Shown: positions 25,047-32,600 of the stretch, in pieces
Layout of the letters: every line of letters starts with the position of its first letter
Position numbering within the stretch: position 1 is the first letter of the stretch
Source of the DNA: Planctomycetota bacterium
GTDB lineage: Bacteria; Planctomycetota; Planctomycetia; Pirellulales; UBA1268
Assembly (NCBI GenBank): GCA_046047895.1
Contig: JBJOHE010000412.1
Span: forward strand, 1 to 45,086
Direction: 5' to 3'
Length of the DNA: 45,086 nt
Notes under the pieces: generated by a model
Seen by the model: the letters and a program-made list of their open reading frames with translations, nothing else
The model's database searches: none
Told to the model about the DNA's origin: nothing
Translations under genes and position numbers: made by a program

Positions 25047-25431
25047 GGGCGTTCTCCACGTTGAGAAACGCACCAAGAACCAGCGTCGCCCCTGTCGGGG
25101 CCGGCACGCTGCCGCAACATTTCGTTCGGGAGGCCGCAGCCTTCCGCACATCCCGATGACCGCCAGGCGGTCACCAGAAGCACCGTTTGCCTTGCAGTGG
25201 CTCGGTTGCAGGCCCGCCGCCAAGGCGGGCCCGGCATGCCCGGGGGCGATGCCGTTCTTGATGCGGCGGAACTATAGCGTCCGTCGCAAGAGGAGCAAGA
25301 TCCTCTCCAGTGAGGGTGAGCCCGAAGGTGTCGGGAACCTGCTCGCAACCCGTCGGAAACGCTCTTTGGGCTGACCCCGTGCATGGAAGGATCACCGGCG
25401 GTGGACACCTGGGATTTGAGAAACCAAGCGG

Positions 25432-25959
25432 TTAGGGCTGGTCAGCGTCCGCCAGCCGCTTGGTGTGGGCGAGGAGGTGGGCGGCCCGTTCGCCCTGCAA
25501 GGTGACTGCCAGCCGCGTGTCGCCCAGGAGCATGATGAGTCCGTACACGATCGAACTGATCGCCACGCAGCCGGCTGCAAGGCCCAGGATTGCCGTGGCC
25601 GGAATGCCGTGGCGAAAATCGGTGAGCACGGCCACCGTGCCCAGCAGGGCGAGGAGCGCCGCGACCGCGAAGCAGCCGATGGCGAGATAGAAGCTTCGCA
25701 GCGCCCGGAGGATGAGAAGGGCTCGCCGGCCGGCGGCGGCCAGTTCGCGAAGCTTTCGTTGCTGCTCGGGGCCGGCGAAACTTGTCACCTCCTCGAGCTC
25801 CCGGGAGAGTTCCCGCGAGAGGTCGATCGCCCGCGCGAGCCGGGTGCTCGTGCTCATGATGAGCACCGAGGTCGCATTGGTGAGGATCGCGGGGGCCGCA
25901 ATCAGCGATAGCACCGCAAAGGGGTTGGAATCGAGGTTCGGCGGCAGGGCGGGGGCCAT
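25432..25959 (-). CDS. DUF2721-like small membrane protein
   Basis: ATG at 25959. The layout is a TM helix, a charged coiled segment (RLARAIDLSRELSRELEE), then two TM helices, as I recall for DUF2721 proteins. Confidence 0.7.
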   Translation of the reverse strand: MAPALPPNLDSNPFAVLSLIAAPAILTNATSVLIMSTSTRLARAIDLSRELSRELEEVTSFAGPEQQRKLRELAAAGRRALLILRALRSFYLAIGCFAVAALLALLGTVAVLTDFRHGIPATAILGLAAGCVAISSIVYGLIMLLGDTRLAVTLQGERAAHLLAHTKRLADADQP

Positions 25960-26010
25960 GGCGATGCTCTCAGCGAAGGCGATGCGATCTGCGATACTTA
26001 GCGGGATGGC

Positions 26011-26472
26011 TCAGGTTGCGGGAGGATGCTGCGGAGGAGCGGAGCCGGCCTGGCCACCCTCCGGCGGCGGGCCGCCGAGTTCCGTGTATTTGCGGGCCGA
26101 GCCCCGGGCCAGGGCGACGGGATACTTCCGCTCGTTGATGGCGAGCTTGGCGGCGATCGCCTGCCCAGGGTCGATGTTGAGCCGGTCGGCGAGGAGCAGG
26201 GCAAACATCAGCACGTCGGCGAGTTCCTCGGCCACGGCCTCCCGCTTGGGGCCGGCGGCCATCTCGGCCTCGATCTCGGCATCAGCCTTCCAGAGGAAGC
26301 ATTCCTGGAGTTCGGCCGCTTCGATCGCGAGCGCCGCCGCCAGGTTCTTCGGTGTGTGGAACTGCGCCCAGTCGCGGGCATCGCGAAAGGCCCGCACGGC
26401 CGCGAGGAGATCCTGCCACCGGTCAGTGGCTGGGCGGTTCGCTGCTTCGGGAGGCTGCGGGGCTTCGCTCAT
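26011..26472 (-). CDS. MazG-like nucleotide pyrophosphohydrolase
   Basis: Motifs seen: RDWAQFHTPKNLAAALAIEAAEL, EELADVLMFALLLADRLNID, KLAINERKYP. Confidence 0.85.
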   Translation of the reverse strand: MSEAPQPPEAANRPATDRWQDLLAAVRAFRDARDWAQFHTPKNLAAALAIEAAELQECFLWKADAEIEAEMAAGPKREAVAEELADVLMFALLLADRLNIDPGQAIAAKLAINERKYPVALARGSARKYTELGGPPPEGGQAGSAPPQHPPAT

Positions 26473-26526
26473 CGGGCGATGAGTCTATCGTCGCCCGAGG
26501 AGAAAGGCCTCCGGTGGATTGGGCCA

Positions 26527-28277
26527 TCAGGTTGAGGCTCGTTTGCACCGTCGGCCGTTGAGCAGCCAGCCGATGGGCGTGTGCCGCACAAAAAGCTGGT
26601 AGCTCACCAGCAGCACGGCCGTGGCCAGCAGGCACTCCAACACCAGCTTGGCCAGCGGCGGCCAGGGCCACGGCCGGGCCCAGGTCTGAATCGCGACAAG
26701 CACCGGGATGTGGGCGAGGTAGAGCCAGTAGGCGGAGTCGGACACATACCGCACGGCCTTGTTTTCGGCCGGCAACGCAGCTCGAAACAGCCCGATCAGG
26801 CCAAACGACATCAGCCAGGCAAAGAGCACCTGTGGCAGGGCAGTGGCCGCGGGCCTGCCCATCGTGACGAGGCCGGCCGGCAGGCAGATCAAAAGGGCCA
26901 GCGGCAAAAGCAGCCACCACCGTCGGCCCACGCGATTCTCGGGATCACCGACGAGAAAGAGCAGCGAGCCGTAGCCGAAGAAGATGCTGTAGTAGACGAG
27001 CAGGTGGGGCTGCGGCAGCAGGCCGAGCGACGTGTCGGGCCCAATGTTGGGACTGAAGACGCCCATGAAGAGCTGCGGCAGCATCGTCAGCGGCACGAGC
27101 CAGAGAAGCACCGCCGGCGAGACCACCAGCCACCGTGGCGGCAGCGGCAGCCTGAGCATGGCGGCCAGCCCAGCCAGCGCCGCAAACCCCACGACCAGCC
27201 AGCAGAGAAACCAAAGAAACCAGAGGTGGTCGAACACGCGGCCGACGAAAAGGTTTTGCGGCACGCCCCGCGGTGGCAGTGGCAGCACAAAACGGTCGGA
27301 GGTGATCCAGCCGGTGTAGGCCTGCCGCAGGCCAGCGAGCCCCTGCCCGCGCTCCGCGCCTGGCTCGGTGTCAGCAGCCTTCCCTGCCGGGCCCCCTTGT
27401 CATCCACTTCCGCCAAGGCTTCCGGATCGGGTTTTCCCATGGCCGCCAGCAGCAGCTGACGCACCCGGCGACGGCCCACCTCGACCTCATCCATGTTGGG
27501 CGCGGGCAGGCCGAGCACACCGGCCAGCATCGTGGTGGTGGTGCCATCAACCTTGGAAGCATCGATCGGCGTGTCGCCGACTGGTCCCTTGGGCAGCGGC
27601 TCAGCCCCACGGGCGAGCAGCAGTTCCACCACATCCGCCTTTCCCATGAAGGCTGCCGCGTGCATCGCTGTCCGCCCACCCTGATCGCGGGCATCGATCT
27701 CGGCACCATGGTCGAGCAATTCTCGAACCACCTCGACATGTCCAAGCACGGCCGCCGTGGTCAACAGCGGCGACTTGGAAGCCGGATCCACCAACGGTGG
27801 CCTTGGGCCGTCCGCTTCATCCTCCTCGGCCAACAGCCCTGCCACCCGCTGGGGATCACCTGCCGTCACCGCCCGCGCGAGATGTGCGGCCCACGGATCG
27901 GCTGAGGGGCCGGCCCCGTTCTGCTGAGCCACAATTTCGCGGCTGCGGGCCGCCACCCATTCGCCCGCCGGCAGGAGCGTCACCAGCCCGAGCATGCAGG
28001 GCACCAACACCCGCAGCAGCCGCTGCTGCAGCATCGACACGGCCCCTCTCTTTTGCCAGAGCATCGCCGTGAAGAAGCCGCTCATCAGAAAAAAGAGTGG
28101 CATCCGAAAGCCGTGAATCACCCCCACGATCAGGCCCGCGGCCGGCGTCTTCTGGGTGTCTTGCACCACCCAGGGAAAGGGCATGAAGGCCATGGCCCCG
28201 TGGAGGAGAATCCCCAGCAACATGGCAAACGCCCGCAGGGCGTCGAGATCATGCCGACGGGAGCTGGGAGTGGTCAT
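26527..28277 (-). pseudogene. Acyltransferase-3 family membrane protein with an internal ankyrin-repeat insertion; reading frame broken once (frameshift or homopolymer sequencing error)
   Basis: The 5' part (ATG 28277) has RRHDLDALRAFAMLLGILLHG, FRMPLFFLMSGFF, then ANK units (LGHVEVVRELLDHGAEIDARDQGGRTAMHAAAFMGKADVVELLLARGAEP). The 3' part, in another frame (open from 27399), continues plausibly (GPAGKAADTEP...GWITSDRFVLPL...FDHLWFLWFL...) through about 6 more TM helices to 26527. The original frame turns into Cys/Arg/Trp junk after ~27390. Confidence 0.7.
27389..27399 (-). other. Probable frameshift site in the acyltransferase gene
   Basis: On the coding strand the sequence is GAC AAG GGG GCC CGG, with a G5 run followed by C3. 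One extra base here would join ...EVDDKG to GPAGKAADTEP.... The downstream frame has its last stop (TGA) at 27400-27402. Confidence 0.6.
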
Positions 28278-28314
28278 CTCGGGCGACGAGTCTACCGCCA
28301 GCCCCAGCCGGTGG

Positions 28315-29415
28315 TCAGGCTCGGCGGCGGCGGGCGATGGTGAATCCCGCAAGCGCCAGGCCCAGCAGGCCAGCCACGGCTGGTTCGGGCACGGAAGCCA
28401 CGTCGTTCCAAGTGGTGGCAAACCGCGGCTCGTCGAAGCTTGCGGCCTTCGAGTAGTCGACGCCCGTGAACGTCATCACGGTGATGTCCGACGGCGAGGA
28501 GAGCGCAAAGGTGCGGAACTCGAGCGGCGTCACCGAGAGGGTCGCGGCCGCCTCGCTCGACACGTCGGTTGGGTCCTGCCAGATCGTCAGCTTCGAGTTC
28601 CCCTGCGGGTTCGAGGGATCGTCGTTGTAGTCGATCTTGGCGATCGTATAGCGGACGTAGGGCGAACCGGTGTCTGGGTTGTTCTGGATGATGTCGTTCA
28701 GAATGATGTCGTTCTGCACCGATCCAGTGGAGCCGACGTGGCGGACGACGTAATCGGTGTTCGTTCCGTCGCCGGCGGCACCGATCAGGATCCCCCGCAG
28801 GGTGCTGCCGGTGACGATCTGAGCATCAGCTTCGGCCGGCGTCGCAGCGGTATTGGTGAAGCCGATGCCGACAAAGCCGTCGTTGTCGGTGTCGGCGGTG
28901 AGCACCTGGGAGGCCAGGGAGATGTAGTAGGTGTTGCTCGTGGTGTAGGGCTCGAGGGTCCGCTGCACCCGCCGCTGGAGGTTATCGACGCCGGCAAAGC
29001 GGGCTCGACCACCTTCCTGGTAGGGCAGGGTGGAGCCGAGCGGAGCTGACTCGGCTGTCCATTGGGCGACGGCGAACGATGTTCCCGTCGTCACGTTTCC
29101 GGTCCAGGCGCCCGAGTAGCCCGCGATGATCGGATCCTGGCCCGCGCCGTTGGCGTTCGATCGACGCAACTGATTGAGATTAGTCGTCGTGGTGTACTGC
29201 CCGATCGCCGGGTTGCCAGGCGATGCGCCGAGGAAATGGTCGGTCGCGATCAGATCGGCCCGCGCGGCCTGGGGCCCGCTGACGCCCAGGCAGCTGATGG
29301 TGATCGCGAGCAGGCCAAGGGTACGGAAGCCGCCGCCACAGGGTGACGAATCGGACTGTCCTAATCCGCCGACAACGAAAGCCCCTGTCGTCTGATCGTG
29401 ACACTTGCGAAGCAT
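28315..29415 (-). CDS. Secreted PEP-CTERM protein, function unknown
   Basis: ATG at 29415 (AGGGGG upstream). There is a signal-like segment LGLLAITISCLGVSGPQAARA. The C-terminus is VPEPAVAGLLGLALAGFTIARRRRA. Confidence 0.75.
   Translation of the reverse strand: MLRKCHDQTTGAFVVGGLGQSDSSPCGGGFRTLGLLAITISCLGVSGPQAARADLIATDHFLGASPGNPAIGQYTTTTNLNQLRRSNANGAGQDPIIAGYSGAWTGNVTTGTSFAVAQWTAESAPLGSTLPYQEGGRARFAGVDNLQRRVQRTLEPYTTSNTYYISLASQVLTADTDNDGFVGIGFTNTAATPAEADAQIVTGSTLRGILIGAAGDGTNTDYVVRHVGSTGSVQNDIILNDIIQNNPDTGSPYVRYTIAKIDYNDDPSNPQGNSKLTIWQDPTDVSSEAAATLSVTPLEFRTFALSSPSDITVMTFTGVDYSKAASFDEPRFATTWNDVASVPEPAVAGLLGLALAGFTIARRRRA
28318..28392 (-). other. PEP-CTERM sorting motif
   Basis: VPEP, then a hydrophobic helix, then RRRR at the extreme C-terminus. 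Confidence 0.8.
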
Positions 29416-29697
29416 GGCATGCCCCCTGCGAGGTGATCGAAACCCTAAACCCCTTACCAGAGTCCAAACAATACTCGACGAACACCGGATTCAAAACCCA
29501 CCCAGGTGAAGGGACGGCGGCCGCGGTTACATTTTCGTGAGGCTTTTGTTTGAACCATCAGGGGCATTGCGATTGATCTTTGGACGTCGCTAATATTCTC
29601 AAGCATGGTCCAGACGGGCCCTTTGGAGGCCTGGGTTGCCTTCGAAAGACCGGCTGGACGGTGCCTGCGGGATCCGCGTGGTGAGGGGGATTGAAAC

Positions 29698-32600
29698 ATG
29701 GACGTTCTTCGAACCGGGCTCGGCTTTTCGGCCTATCCGGGCATTGTGGCTGCAATCCTCGCCCTGGCGACGGCAACCTCGTCGTGGGGTCAGACTCTTA
29801 CGAGCCTCTGGGAATTCACCGACGCGGCGGACCTTGGTGCAGCCACGGTCGGTGTGCCGCTCACGATCAATGGCACTACACCGGAATGGTTCGAGTCGCA
29901 GACCTACGGAAGCGTCACGCTCACCGGGGTCGTCAACACGGTGGTCGGGACGAGCAATTTCTTTACGGCCACCCACGGCATCGGGGCGAACGACGGCGGC
30001 ACCCGCACCAACCAATACACGCTGGTGTATGACGTCAAGAAACCCACGGCCACGCTCTGGCGGAGCTTCTATCAGACCGATCTGACGAACACGACCGACG
30101 CCGAGTTCTTCGTTCGTGGGGCAGGTTCGGGCGTGACGCTCAACACGCTCGGCCGCGACGACATCGGCTATTCGTCGGGGTTTCTCTCGCCCAACACCTG
30201 GTATCGGGTCGTAGTCTCCGTCGATCTCGGCGATTCCTTCGACGCCTACCGTGATGGGGTTTCCTTCGCCAGCTACACGGTGCCTGGCGTCGACAATCCG
30301 GACTACTCGCTCGATCCGTCGCATGTGCTGCTTTTTGCCGACAACGATGCGGCGGGCAATCAACAGCTTTCGATCGGTTCCGTCGCGATCTACGACGGGG
30401 CCCTGACGGCGTCTCAGGCGGCGTTGCTTGGCGGCGCGGGCTCAGCCTATGTGATGCGGCCGCTGACCTGGGATGGCTCGGCCGGCAATTCCTCGTGGGA
30501 CACCTTCTCCACGAATTGGCTCGAGGATTCCTCGCCGCTGACCTTTCTGGATGGCGACAATGCCACGTTCGCCGACTCGGCCGCCGCGAAGACTGTCGAT
30601 GTGAACGGGCCGATCGTCGCCAACACGATGGCCGTCGCGACCAACGTCGGCTACACCTTCCAGGGATTCGGCAGCATTCGGGCCGTGGGCGGGCTCACGA
30701 AGACCGGCGCGGGGCCGCTGGCCGTCAATTTGCCACTGTCGGTTGAGGGAGGCATTTCGATCGCCGATGGCACCTTCACAGTCGGCGATGGAGCCTATGC
30801 CGGTTCGTTCTCCGGTGGTGTAGCGCTCGGCTCGGCGGGCTCGCGGCTGGTGCTCGATCGGATCGACGATGTCACCAACAGCGGCGGTGTCACGGGCCTT
30901 GGGGAAGTTGTCAAACGGGGTGCCGGCACCGCTGTGATCGAGGGCCGGAGCAGCTATTCAGGGGCGACGAACGTCGAGGCCGGAACCCTACGGCTGGGAG
31001 GAGCCTTCAGCGGGGCCGCAGGCGTGACGGTGGCGACCGCCGCCGGTCTGACGCTCGATTTCGCGGCGACCCCAGAGACGCTGGCCGTGCCGTCGCTCTC
31101 ACTCGGAGCCGGTGGCGCGTCGCTCGGCTTCGAGTTCACATCGGCCGCGGTGCCTGCCGTGCCGCTGATCTCGGTCACATCGCCTGACGGGCTCCAGCTC
31201 AATGGCGGGAGCCACACGATCGCCGTGGGCAGCACCCAGGGGCTCGATCCCGGCACCTTCACGCTCATCGATTATGCCGGGGCGGCCATCTCCTCCGGGT
31301 TCTCGCTGGTGTCGCTCCCCAAGCGGGTCGCCGGCAGTCTCGTCTACGACACGGCCAATACCCGGATCAACCTTCAGGTGACAGGAATCGAGACGGTGAA
31401 ATGGACTGGCAGCCTGTCGGATTCCTGGGACGTGGGGAGCGATGTCGACGTGGGGGGCACCCAGAACTGGGTGACCGATCCGGGCGGCGTTGCCACCAAC
31501 TTTGTCGACGGCGACCGGGTGCTGTTCGACGATTCGGCGACGCAGTTCAGCGTGTCCCTCGCCCAGACGGTGGCGCCCGGCAACGTGACCGTGAACGCCT
31601 CCACGCAGAATTACCTGTTCGGCGGCTCGGGCAAGATTTCGGGCGGCGGTTCGCTCCTGAAGGATGGCGCGGGCACGCTGACGATGCTCACCAACAACGA
31701 CTACACGGGCGGCACGACCGTCGCTGCCGGCACGCTCCAACTCGGTGACGGCGGTGGATCGGGGAGCGTCAGCGGCACGGTGAACGTCGCCGCCGGCGCG
31801 GCCGTGCGAATTCAACGAAGCACCACCACGATCGCGGCAGGATTCGCGGGCGAGGGAGCGGTGGTGTTCCAAGGAACAGGAGTCACCAATCAGTCGAGCT
31901 TCACGCTCAATGGCGATAGTTCCGGCTTCAGCGGCCCGATGGAAGTGAGTTTCGGGCGACTCAACACTGGCACAAATACCGCGGCGCTCGGCACGGGGCC
32001 GATCACGGTCACCGACGGTGGCCAGGTCTTCGTCACCACCGAGACGTTCACGAATCCGATTTCGATTGCGGGCGACGGCTGGGCCCAGGGCGGCAGTGGC
32101 ACGAAGTTCGGCGCCCTGCGGGTGTACCAAGGCGCCACCTGGGCCGGCGACGTCACGCTCGCGGCCAACGCCCGGATCAGCGGCGGCCTCTCCAATGGCA
32201 CGGTCTCTGGGAAGATCAGCGGCCCCTATCAGGTGGAGTTCGGTCCCGCGGGCCAGGCCGGCGTGGTCACGCTCACGAATCCAGGCAATGACTATTCGGG
32301 CGGGACGGTCATTGCCGGCGGCAGCCTGCTGATCAAGGCGGCGACGGCACTTTCGTCCGGGCCGGTCACGATCACCTCCACGGTCAATGACACCCTGGCC
32401 TTCGATTTCGGCGACGGGTCGTCGGAAACGGTCGCAAACGACATCTCATTGCCGGTGCTCACCACGCCCACCCGCGTGTTCACGCTGCGGGGCAGTCCCA
32501 CGCAACCAACCACGGTGACGCTCTCCGGCCAGATCAGCGGCGGCTCGACGGATTCGATCCTCCGCATGGGCGACACGGCCGTCGTCGGCAACAACAACAG

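Noticed and set aside
25195-25201. B12-box-like GCCACTG on the minus strand of the 385-nt leader (possible cobalamin riboswitch).
   Set aside because: I could not find the other conserved cobalamin-riboswitch core elements (the GGGAA / GGTG..AATCC region and its pairing partners). A single 7-mer is not evidence.
27087-27388. Continuation of the acyltransferase 5' frame past the frameshift site (tail of track ORF 27087-28421).
   Set aside because: The translation becomes Cys/Arg/Trp-rich nonsense. It overlaps the convincing transmembrane continuation in the other frame.
31099-32130. 343-aa minus-strand ORF inside the giant gene.
   Set aside because: It is antisense to the PATR repeat region. 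Its Arg/Gly/Glu-rich composition has no structure.
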